A program made the position numbers and the translations under genes. A stretch of DNA of 63,600 bases, filler included, from a bacterium (lineage in GTDB: Bacteria > JALSQH01): the NCBI GenBank assembly GCA_026985515.1. It is 7 parts of 7 records of this genome, joined end to end, with 100 filler letters (N's around TTAATTAATTAA, not from the genome) between each part and the next. Parts side by side here need not be neighbours in the genome. Positions count along the whole stretch, not along the records: positions 27,539 to 35,255 come from JALSQH010000216.1; positions 35,356 to 38,692 come from JALSQH010000217.1; positions 38,793 to 43,152 come from JALSQH010000218.1; 4 more parts are not named here. The stretch is one strand, 5' to 3'. This document shows positions 34,332-43,252 of this stretch, in pieces; the first letter of the stretch is position 1; every line of letters starts with the position of its first letter. The notes beneath the pieces were generated by a model, which saw only the letters and a program-made list of their open reading frames with translations, was not told where the DNA came from and made no database searches.

Positions 34332-35003
34332 TTAGTTTAAATTTTCAATCAGCGGTAAATATCGGTTCAATTCGAGTGTAACGATTCCTGTGGGGAAATT
34401 TTTATAAAATTTAAATATACCTACATTGTCTCTATGAATGATAAAAAGATATTTATTTAAATTTGTTTCAAAAAAAGAATATTTAACTTTATTTTTTAAG
34501 ATAGATGTTGAAAGTGTAATTAAATTTTCTAAAAAAGATTCCACAATTTCTCTCTCTTTGTTTTGGGTCTCAGTGAAATTTATTCTTTTCATGACTTTTG
34601 ACTTATTTTTATGGCATACTTTTATTTCATGGCTATATTCTTTTGATATATTTTCGGCAACTTTTATTAACCACTCTATAAATAATTTCTCATTACGGTT
34701 ATCATATCCTGATTTATTGTTTTCATCTTTTAGCCATTTAAGACTTTTTTGATGTAATATCTTGACAAGTTTTATTATTCCCCTTTTAAGATTCTCATTG
34801 GTTATCGTCTCATCATTATAGAATTTTTTGAAAGAAACGAAATCGCTATAGATAATTTCACCTTTGTGATAAATATGCGTGGACACAATTAATTTATTCG
34901 GTAAAACTTCTGTTTGAATGTGATAAAACCTGTTATTTAGGTTTAGATTCTCATTTATGCCGGGAATCGGGAAAATGTTATTTCTCTTAATAAGTGGTAA
35001 CAT
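34332..35003 (-). CDS. RomY-like N-terminal domain fused to roadblock-like domain; paralog of 57877-58548
   Basis: GINENLNLNNRFYHIQTE...THIYHKGEII; C-terminal FPTGIVTLELNRYL resembles the roadblock terminal helix; GGAGG SD. Confidence 0.55.
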   Translation of the reverse strand: MLPLIKRNNIFPIPGINENLNLNNRFYHIQTEVLPNKLIVSTHIYHKGEIIYSDFVSFKKFYNDETITNENLKRGIIKLVKILHQKSLKWLKDENNKSGYDNRNEKLFIEWLIKVAENISKEYSHEIKVCHKNKSKVMKRINFTETQNKEREIVESFLENLITLSTSILKNKVKYSFFETNLNKYLFIIHRDNVGIFKFYKNFPTGIVTLELNRYLPLIENLN

Positions 35004-35063
35004 TTCAATCCCTCCAATTAAAATCTTTTTAGTTCTTATTAGTTCTTAACCATTATAAATTCA

Positions 35064-35120
35064 ATTATATAACATAATTTTATTTTGTTAAGATTATAAA
35101 ACCTTTTTTTATTTTGTCAA
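35064..35120 (-). promoter_or_regulatory. Tandem sigma70 promoters of the roadblock locus
   Basis: TTGACA (35120-35115), 16 nt, TATAAT (35098-35093); also TTAACA (35091-35086), 16 nt, TATAAT (35069-35064). Confidence 0.7.
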
Positions 35121-35200
35121 ATTAAGGGCCCTTTTGCTCAAAATTAAATCTTACTTTACTTGCTTGTTTATCCATATGTTCCTCCATTTTATAGTTTGCC

Positions 35201-35254
35201 TCATTTGGTGTGTTCGTGTAGCCTCTTTTTTATCTCTTCTATTCTTTCCTCTAC
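35201..35254 (-). CDS. Probable 3' end of an unknown gene cut by the gap
   Basis: Reads VEERIEEIKKRLHEHTK-stop from the contig edge. Confidence 0.4.
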   Translation of the reverse strand, partial: VEERIEEIKKRLHEHTK

Positions 35255-35255
35255 T

Positions 35256-35355
35256 NNNNNNNNNNNNNNNNNNNNNNNNNNNNNNNNNNNNNNNNNNNNT
35301 TAATTAATTAANNNNNNNNNNNNNNNNNNNNNNNNNNNNNNNNNNNNNNNNNNNN
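35256..35355. other. Artificial scaffold spacer
   Basis: N run, TTAATTAATTAA, N run. Confidence 0.98.
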
Positions 35356-35356
35356 T

Positions 35357-37369
35357 GCCGCAAAACTCTACGAAGAAAGCGGCAAATATCTTCTGGCAGC
35401 CAAACTCTATATGGAGACAGGTGATACTGTTCATGCTGCAGAACTTTTCTACAGAGGTGGAGAATTTCAAAAGGCGGGGGACCTCTTTTTCCGCAATGGA
35501 TTAATAGAAAAAGCCATTGAAGCTTATGAAAGAAGCGGACAAACAACAAACTTTGCAGAAGCTGTAAAGAAATACATCAACAACGCAGTAAAAAGTGGAG
35601 AAATTGACCCCGAACTTATGACAAAACTCCAGACCCTCGCCGAAAAAGGCGGAGAGATTTTCTTCAGAACAGGTAAGTTTGAAGATGCTGCAAAGCTTTA
35701 TCTCTTTGCAGGAAAATACAGAGAAGCAGGAATGGCTTTTGAAAAAGCGGGGAATATCAAAAGAGCTATTGACATGTACCTTAAGGGCAACGATAAGGAA
35801 AGGGCAGCTACTCTCCTTGCTGAAATCAATCAGAAAAAGGAAAGCGAAAAGCTAAAGGGAGAACTCTATCTTGAAAAGGGCCAGTTACTCGAAGCGGTAA
35901 AGGCTTTCACCAATGCAGAGGAGTACATCAAGGCAGCACTTATATGGGAAGAATTAGGAAAAAGGAAAAATGCCGCTGATATGTACTATGCAGGCAAAGA
36001 ATACATCAAAGCAGCTGAACTGTATGCAGAAGAAGGAGAATTTCTCAAAGCGGCGGAGTCCTTTGAGAGGGGAGGAGCTCTGGAAAAGGCGATTCAATAT
36101 TACAGAAAGAGCGGAGAAATAAGGAAGGCGATTCATCTATACGAAAAGATGGGAAACTACTTTGAAGCCGGCGAACTCTACTACAATAAGGGACTGACGG
36201 ATAAGGCCATAAAGGCTTTTCAGAAAATACAGCCTGATGATCCACATTATCGCTCAGCAACCTTCTATCTTGCAAGACTATTTGAAGAAAAGGGAATATA
36301 CAATCTGGCTGTCGAGAAATATAAAATTCTCACTGAGATGAAGGGGGAAAAAAACGAATTTTACGCCGAAGTATACTACAGACTGGGAACCCTTGAAGAG
36401 AAACTTGGAAACATTTCAAAGGCAAGGGAATACTTTGAAAAGGTAAATGCTTATGTATTTGACTACAAAGATGTTTCCGTCAAATTACAGCACTTAAAGG
36501 AGAAGGAAAAAACTCTTAAATCAACTCTATCAGAAGAAGTGGATGTAAATGCCAGCACAGTTGTAATTTCCCACAGAGAGCGTTTCAGAATAATTGAGGA
36601 AATTGGAAAAGGTGGAATGGGTATCGTTTACAAAGCAGAAGACACACTCCTTGAAAGAATAGTGGCACTGAAAAAGTTGCCTCCCCAGTTTCAGCGGGAT
36701 CAGAGGGCAATTTCAAGGTTCATAAAAGAGGCAAAGGCAGCTGCAATTCTGAACCATCCCAATATTGTGACTCTCTATGATCTCAGATACGAACCTGATG
36801 GAACAATCTACATAGCAATGGAATATGTTGAGGGTAAAACGCTAAAGCAGATTCTCAATGAATCGGGGCCCTTTCCAGTATCAGCGGTGATACTTATATT
36901 TGGTCAGGTAGCAAAGGGACTCGGATATGCCCACAAGAAGGGAATTGTTCACAGAGACATAAAGCCCTCCAACATAATGTGGACCAGCAACAAGGAAGTT
37001 AAAATCATGGACTTCGGGCTTGCCGCAGCTATCAGTGAGCTGAGGGATGGCGTGACAACCACAATTGTTGGAACACCATACTACATGTCCCCTGAACAGG
37101 CTCTCGGCAACCCTGTGGACCACAGAACCGACATCTACTCACTTGGAATAACAATTTACGAACTGCTGACAGGAAGACCACCATTCAAAGAGGGTGATCT
37201 GGGTTATCACCATATCCACACACCACCTCCTCCACCCACAAAATTCAATCCCTCAATTCCCAAATCTCTGGAAGCCATCATTCTTAAATGTATTGAAAAA
37301 GATCCTGACAACAGATACCAGAGTACAGAGGAGATTCTTGAAGATCTTAAAAAGGTGGTTAAACAATAA
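35357..37369 (+). CDS. TPR/helical-repeat Hanks-type Ser/Thr protein kinase (5' end truncated)
   Basis: Frame open from contig edge; many AAxLYxxxGx repeats; GKGGMG, VALK, HRDIKPSN, DFG, GTPYYMSPEQ. Confidence 0.93.
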   Translation, partial: AAKLYEESGKYLLAAKLYMETGDTVHAAELFYRGGEFQKAGDLFFRNGLIEKAIEAYERSGQTTNFAEAVKKYINNAVKSGEIDPELMTKLQTLAEKGGEIFFRTGKFEDAAKLYLFAGKYREAGMAFEKAGNIKRAIDMYLKGNDKERAATLLAEINQKKESEKLKGELYLEKGQLLEAVKAFTNAEEYIKAALIWEELGKRKNAADMYYAGKEYIKAAELYAEEGEFLKAAESFERGGALEKAIQYYRKSGEIRKAIHLYEKMGNYFEAGELYYNKGLTDKAIKAFQKIQPDDPHYRSATFYLARLFEEKGIYNLAVEKYKILTEMKGEKNEFYAEVYYRLGTLEEKLGNISKAREYFEKVNAYVFDYKDVSVKLQHLKEKEKTLKSTLSEEVDVNASTVVISHRERFRIIEEIGKGGMGIVYKAEDTLLERIVALKKLPPQFQRDQRAISRFIKEAKAAAILNHPNIVTLYDLRYEPDGTIYIAMEYVEGKTLKQILNESGPFPVSAVILIFGQVAKGLGYAHKKGIVHRDIKPSNIMWTSNKEVKIMDFGLAAAISELRDGVTTTIVGTPYYMSPEQALGNPVDHRTDIYSLGITIYELLTGRPPFKEGDLGYHHIHTPPPPPTKFNPSIPKSLEAIILKCIEKDPDNRYQSTEEILEDLKKVVKQ

Positions 37370-38894
37370 CCCTGTAAGCCTTAACCTTTCGTTTCTTTCC
37401 CTTCAATTCAAGATAACCCACATCTTCAAACTCGAAGTAGTTTCTCGTATATTCAAATGTTCTCTCTCCCACCAGAATTGAATTGGGTTTGGCGGCATTT
37501 TCAAGTCTGCTCGCAACATTAACAGCGTCTCCTATAACTGTGTACTCCATCCTGTTTTTTGAACCAATATTTCCCGCAACAACCACACCGGTGTTGATCC
37601 CTATTCTCACCTGAAATCTCTTTTCCTCTGAGATGGTCCTGTTAAATTCCTCAAGAGCCTTCAGCATCTCAATGGCAGTCTCAACTGCGAACTTCGCATC
37701 ATTACCATAGGAAAATGGAGCACCAAATATAGCCATTATGGCATCTCCTATGAATTTATTGACACTGCCCTTGTGCTTGAAAACTATCTCCGTCATTATG
37801 TCAAAATAGTTGTTTAGGAGATCAGCAATTTCCTCAGGGGTGAGTCTCTCCGAAAGAGAGGTAAAATCCTTAATGTCTGAAAATAGAATCGTGGCTTCAA
37901 CCCTCTTGACCTCAATTCCAAGTTCCATTTTTCTTGAAGCTTCTTTCAATATCAGGTTGACAACATCAGGGGAATGAAATCTCTCAAGATTGCTTCTCAA
38001 AATGGCCTCTCTCTTTATGTCGTCCTTCAGTTTATCCAGCTTCAACCCTATTGTTACCATATTTGCAAGAGCCATCATCATCTCTCTGTCAATGGTGTTA
38101 AAACGATGGCTATCTTCACTGCTGTTTATGAGAACTACTCCTCCCAGGAAATTCTCTTCATCCCTGAAGGGAACAAGCAGGAGACAGCACACCTCCACTC
38201 CCAGATTTCCAAGAAATTCTCTGTCAAAAACAAGCTCAGGTTCATTCAAAGTGGAAACATATTTTTTTATGAGAGGGGTTACAAGTTTACCCTTTTCAAG
38301 CCCCACTTTGCTCTTAAAAAATTCGTATTTTCCAAATTCTTCCGGCGTAAACAGAAAAATAGTTTCCACAGGGATCATCTGAAAAATGAGATCAATTGTT
38401 GATTCAAGTATCTCCTCAATTGTATTTGAACGCAGGAGAAGTTTTCCCAGCTGATAGAGTGTGAAGAAAGCAGGATTATCAAAGGAAAGAGTGCTTCTCT
38501 CCTCAACAGAAGTATCAATTGGTACAAAACTTATTTGATGTTCTCCAACAAAGACTATGTCACCTTTATTCAATTTAGTTTTTGTTGTAATCTTCTCACC
38601 ACCCACAAAAGTCCCGTTGGAACTGTTGAGGTCTTCAATAAAAACAGAGTCATCCTTAATGTAGAGTTTCAGATGCTTCCTTGAAACAAAGGNNNNNNNN
38701 NNNNNNNNNNNNNNNNNNNNNNNNNNNNNNNNNNNNTTAATTAATTAANNNNNNNNNNNNNNNNNNNNNNNNNNNNNNNNNNNNNNNNNNNNTATCGTAA
38801 TATCACAATCAGGGGATCTCCCCACCACATACTCACCATTATCAAGGATAAATTCCCTGACCTGATCTCTGTGTTCAACTACAACCTTGTACAC
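37359..38894 (-). CDS. FHA-GAF-class III adenylate/guanylate cyclase (interrupted by scaffold spacer)
   Basis: GTG at 38894 gives MYKVVVEH...VVGRSPDCDITI; after the gap FVSRKH...EDLNSSNGTFV (FHA); ILFSDIKDFT, KFIGDAIM, YTVIGDAVNVASRLE. Confidence 0.88.
38693..38792. other. Artificial scaffold spacer
   Basis: N run, TTAATTAATTAA, N run. Confidence 0.98.
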
Positions 38895-38896
38895 CT

Positions 38897-39232
38897 TTAA
38901 TGATGCGCTCCCTCATGATCATTTTCTGGAAATGGTTCCATAAGGGCCGCACCAAGGGCAAAAACAGATATAACTATACCGCTTATAAAGAAAATAATCT
39001 GAAAGACTTCCACCGGAAATTGAAAGAAAACAGAAACTATTAAAAATGCTCCTGCTACGACATTTACAATTTCCGGCCACCTTTTCTCTGAAACCATCCC
39101 GGCAAGAAGAAGCACCGCAAAACCGAAGATAAGGGCTATGATAATTCTTCCTGAAGATTCCATCAGGCCATTGATTCTGCTCAATCCTGTAAGAGTAATT
39201 CCGATGAAAATATTAACCCAGTCCTGCCACAT
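38897..39232 (-). CDS. SPW-repeat-like small membrane protein
   Basis: WQDWVNIFIG and WPEIVNVVAG half-repeats, four hydrophobic segments; AAGGAG SD favours the ATG at 39232. Confidence 0.55.
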   Translation of the reverse strand: MWQDWVNIFIGITLTGLSRINGLMESSGRIIIALIFGFAVLLLAGMVSEKRWPEIVNVVAGAFLIVSVFFQFPVEVFQIIFFISGIVISVFALGAALMEPFPENDHEGAHH

Positions 39233-39263
39233 GGATAACTCCTTTTTTTCTATCATTATATAC

Positions 39264-39289
39264 AAAAAAAGCGGGGTGTAAACCCCGCT
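39264..39289 (-). terminator. Intrinsic terminator of the psr/rhodanese operon
   Basis: AGCGGGGT-TTAC-ACCCCGCT then T run. Confidence 0.85.
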
Positions 39290-39337
39290 CTACCGCTTGC
39301 AATTTTTCATTCTTCCTCTTACTGAACCAACCAGCCG

Positions 39338-39805
39338 TTAACAACCCTCTTCTTCCTCTTCTTCCTCACCTTTCTTGTGAGTTGACATGAACTTCTTCCA
39401 CCCGAGCCATCCACCTTTGAGATTATACACATTTTTATAACCCATCTGTTTCAGTGTGTAGGTTGCCAGTGCTCCCCTTCCTCCAGTCTTGCAGTAAACG
39501 ACTATCGTTGCATTTTTGTTGGGTATCTTTTTGGAAATTTTGAACTCAAGAAGACCCCTTGGAAGATTAATCGCACCATCAATGTGACCAGCGTTGTACT
39601 CAGAGGGTTCTCTCACATCCAGGAAAATGACACCTTTCTTTCCAAGAAGCTTGTAGGCATGGGCGGGTGAAATTTCTTTGATGTGTTTCTTTGCAGCCTT
39701 TACAAAATCCTTTGCTGTTTTGTATCTTCCCGCTTCACCAATACCAGCGTAGCCAATCACCAGGAAAAATGCTGCCAGCAGAGCTAAAACTTTTCCTTTC
39801 TTCAT
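39338..39805 (-). CDS. Exported single-domain rhodanese (Sud-like sulfurtransferase)
   Basis: Signal peptide; LDVREPSEY, GHIDGA, active loop CKTGGR, LKGG; tail GEEEEEEEGC. Confidence 0.88.
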   Translation of the reverse strand: MKKGKVLALLAAFFLVIGYAGIGEAGRYKTAKDFVKAAKKHIKEISPAHAYKLLGKKGVIFLDVREPSEYNAGHIDGAINLPRGLLEFKISKKIPNKNATIVVYCKTGGRGALATYTLKQMGYKNVYNLKGGWLGWKKFMSTHKKGEEEEEEEGC

Positions 39806-39820
39806 ATCAAAACCTCCTTT

Positions 39821-40651
39821 TTAATTGTTTTCCTCTTCCGGTAAAAGACCCATCTCTTTCGCTTTTTCCTCATACTCCTTCCTCTCCCTCTCTCTCACCT
39901 CTAATTCAAGCTTTTTCATCTCTTTCCACCACTTGAAATGATTGTGGTAGGCGTAAAGTTCATTCACCTTCCCCGTTATCATTGAAGCAAGGGATGGATG
40001 CTCCTCCCAGAGAACAGCAGCCATGAATATGTGAACAAACAGACCGGCAACAACCCCTCCTGCTGCAATGAAATGGAACACAATGGCCCATTTAACAGTC
40101 TCTGCGGAACCAATGTGAAAACTCATTATGAAACCGGTTATAATGAGAATAATAATCCCTCCAATAGCAACCATTGCAAACAATTTCTGCCCGGCGTTAT
40201 ACTCACCCTGGGGAGGCAGTTCAACTTTCATACCCAGAATTCCAAGGCCTCTGTTTATCAACCAGAGAATATCATCTCTATCGAGGACAAAATTCCTCCT
40301 GATAAACGGGATGGTGTAGTTCTTTATCCCAAAAAGATAGTTTACCACCAGAACAACAGACCAGATTATACCTACAAGTATGTGGTACTTCAGTAAATTT
40401 GCCCTCGTACCAAAAAGCTCAGAAACCATGTTGATCCACCAGTCAGGCATAAATTTGAAAAGGGTGGAATTTATAAGAGCAGAGCCTGTGAATAGCTGGA
40501 ATCCCCAGACTGCTGCGTTAAACCAGTGGGTCCATTTGGGTATAACATCATGTTTTTTCAAGTAATGAGTCCTGAGATACTCCTTCTCTTCTGGAGATAG
40601 AGGCACCGGTTTATCCTGTTTTAATAATCTTTCAATATTTACCTGCTGCAT
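39821..40651 (-). CDS. Cytochrome b membrane anchor (FdnI/PhsC type)
   Basis: THWFNA, KYH, GEYNAGQKL, VFH...VHIFMA, SMITG. Confidence 0.85.
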   Translation of the reverse strand: MQQVNIERLLKQDKPVPLSPEEKEYLRTHYLKKHDVIPKWTHWFNAAVWGFQLFTGSALINSTLFKFMPDWWINMVSELFGTRANLLKYHILVGIIWSVVLVVNYLFGIKNYTIPFIRRNFVLDRDDILWLINRGLGILGMKVELPPQGEYNAGQKLFAMVAIGGIIILIITGFIMSFHIGSAETVKWAIVFHFIAAGGVVAGLFVHIFMAAVLWEEHPSLASMITGKVNELYAYHNHFKWWKEMKKLELEVRERERKEYEEKAKEMGLLPEEENN

Positions 40652-40660
40652 CTCATCCCC

Positions 40661-41389
40661 CTATTCTTCAATTTTCGGCTCACCCTTTATGAGCTGGTAA
40701 ATTGCAGCAACTGTTACACCCAGGAAGGAGAGACCTGCTGCAACTCCCAGCAGAGGTCTGAATATTCTCCACACAGTTCCAGCAGTTGAAAACCTCGTCT
40801 TCCTGAGTGGCGCCTTTTCAAGCAACAGTTCCACCTGCTCCTTTTCTCCCATGTAAAAGACACTCGCACCATAATTAACTTCCCCTCTGTGCAGCGGGAC
40901 CGCCCCCTCTTTGTACACCAATCTGTACACCTCACTGTCAGGATCATCAAGATCTCCAAAAATCCTCGCTTCAGCGATACAGGTCTCCACACAGGCAGGC
41001 TCAAGACCTGCATCAACACGTGGCTGACAGAAAGTACACTTATCCACCACTCCAAGATCAGGATGTATGTACCTCGCTCCATAGGGGCATGCATCAGCAC
41101 AATATCCACATCCAATGCAGAGCTCCTGATCCACCAGAACCCTACCCTTTTCATCTTTATATGTGGCACCTGAGGGGCAGACCTTTATGCAGGGTGGATC
41201 TTCACAGTGCATGCAGAGTCCCGGATAAACAGCAGACTTGAGGTTGGGAAATTCTCCCACAGGTCCTATCTCCTTAACCCAGTCTCTGCTGTAACCTTCA
41301 GGAACATTCCACTCAGCCTTGCATGCAATAACACATGCTTTACAATCAACACATCTGTCAATATTCAAAACCATAGCATATCTTGCCAC
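40661..41389 (-). CDS. 4Fe-4S dicluster subunit (PsrB/PhsB type)
   Basis: CVDCKAC, CMHCEDPPC, CIGCGYC, KCTFC...PACVETC; C-terminal TM. Confidence 0.9.
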   Translation of the reverse strand: MARYAMVLNIDRCVDCKACVIACKAEWNVPEGYSRDWVKEIGPVGEFPNLKSAVYPGLCMHCEDPPCIKVCPSGATYKDEKGRVLVDQELCIGCGYCADACPYGARYIHPDLGVVDKCTFCQPRVDAGLEPACVETCIAEARIFGDLDDPDSEVYRLVYKEGAVPLHRGEVNYGASVFYMGEKEQVELLLEKAPLRKTRFSTAGTVWRIFRPLLGVAAGLSFLGVTVAAIYQLIKGEPKIEE

Positions 41390-41392
41390 GAC

Positions 41393-43152
41393 TTACCTCA
41401 CTTTTTCGATTTTCACAAAATTTACTCTGAGTCCCTGTGTCCCTGAAATTGGATCAGTCGCATATCTTGTCATCAATCCATTGTCATCAATCCCCCTGTT
41501 GTAAGCCAGTCTCATGTATGGAGACTTATGTCCAAATCCATGAACAATATAAACACAATCCTTCCTTATACCCTTTGTGACTTTTGCCACAGATATTCCA
41601 CTCTTCACTCCATCCTGATTTACAAGTCTGACTCTATCACCATCCTTTATTCCAAGCTTCTTTGCCACCTCTTCATTGATCCATACGGGATTAATACTCT
41701 GCAGCTCCATTAGCCACTGGTTGTTCTGAGTTCTGGAAAATGTATGGTATGGAGATCTACCGTAGATGAGCCTGAAATAACCCTCTGGCGGCTCTTCATG
41801 GTGCCTGTAAACAGGCAGTGGGTCAAAACCTTTTTCTTCAAGTTCCGATGAGTAGAGTTCAAATTTCCCGGAAGGAGTCTTTATACGCCATCCCTCAGTT
41901 GAAAGATCCTCTGGAAAATAGGGATAAGCTTTTTTCTTTATTACCCCTTTTCTCTTCAATTCATCAAAATCAATTCCACCCTTTGCACATCTCATTCTCA
42001 GATACTCTTCAAAATTTTTATATGGAAAATACTCGCTGAGGCCGAGTCTTATGCCCAGCTCCCTCGCTATCCACCATCCCGGCCTCGCCTCGTAGAGAGG
42101 ATCAACAACAGGCTGTCTCAATGCCACAAATTTTTCTTTCGCAGGAAGAGAAACGAGATCATCATACCTCTCAAGATAGGTAGCTTCTGGTAACACAACA
42201 TCCGCATAAAGGGTTGCCTCAGTGGGTAATACCTCTACCACGACCAGAAGGTCAAGTTTTTCAATAGCTTTTATGGTCTTCTCCCTTCCGGGAAAACTTT
42301 TAAGAATATTCTGTGCATATACAAACCACCCCTTGATTGGATATGGCTTACCAGTTAATGTGGCATCCCGCATCTGGACAGTGAGGCCTTCCCCCTTGCT
42401 TGCAAAGGGGTAAACGGTTCCGGCGCCATCTGCCTTCGGGACTGATGGTCTTGGATATGGAGGATGCTTTACATGGGGAATTCTCCATTTCACAGGGAGG
42501 AAAACACCCCCTTTCCTTCCCCAGGCACCCAGAAGAGCTGTAAGAATTGCCATCGCCCTGCTTCGCTGAACATCGTCCCCATACCAGGCTGTATGTCTCC
42601 CGGGATTAATTGCCACAGCAGGCTTACCCTCTCCCATAACCCTTGCAGTTTCAACAATCAATTCAGCAGGAATCTCAGTTATCTTTGACGCCCATTCAGG
42701 GGTATATTGCTGGACGTGTTCCTTCAATTGATCAAGACCAACTGTCATCGTGTCCACATACTCCTCATCGTACAATTCCTCATTTATAATCACATTTATC
42801 CATGCTAAAAGAAGAGCGAGATCAGTTCCAGGTTTTATGGGCAACCAGTAGTCGGATTTACTTGCTGCCATGGAGTATCTTGGATCAACCACAATAAGTT
42901 TTGCACCCCTCGCAATCCCCCTTGCAAAACTCCTCACATATCCCGTGTGAATATTCTCCCCAACATGACCGCCAATGAGCACTATTACATTCGCATTTTC
43001 AAAATCCGCCCTCTCATTGGCTGGAGGCATTCCAAATGTGAGCTCATATCCCACATCCCTTGCCCCCTTACACTGTCCGAAGGATGGAGCTGCATTGTTT
43101 CTCGAACCATAAGCCTTCATAAGGTGCCTGAATAAACCTCCTCCGGCACCAT
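41393..43152 (-). CDS. Molybdopterin oxidoreductase catalytic subunit, polysulfide/thiosulfate reductase (PsrA/PhsA) type; 5' end truncated
   Basis: Frame open to the gap (GAGGGLFRHLMKAYGS); SFGQC Mo-ligand region, VVDPR, PGTDLA, ADVVLPEATYLER, HTFSRTQNN. Confidence 0.85.
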
Positions 43153-43252
43153 NNNNNNNNNNNNNNNNNNNNNNNNNNNNNNNNNNNNNNNNNNNNTTAA
43201 TTAATTAANNNNNNNNNNNNNNNNNNNNNNNNNNNNNNNNNNNNNNNNNNNN
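43153..43252. other. Artificial scaffold spacer
   Basis: N run, TTAATTAATTAA, N run. Confidence 0.98.

Noticed and set aside
30586-35255. AT-rich roadblock locus as a mobile island or prophage
   Set aside because: No integrase, transposase, att repeats or flanking tRNA visible; a diverged paralog elsewhere suggests long residence
35304-35549. 81-aa minus-strand ORF
   Set aside because: Antisense to the kinase and runs into the N spacer
39338-39346. Possible selenocysteine or readthrough at the rhodanese C-terminus
   Set aside because: The codon is TGT followed by TAA; no in-frame TGA
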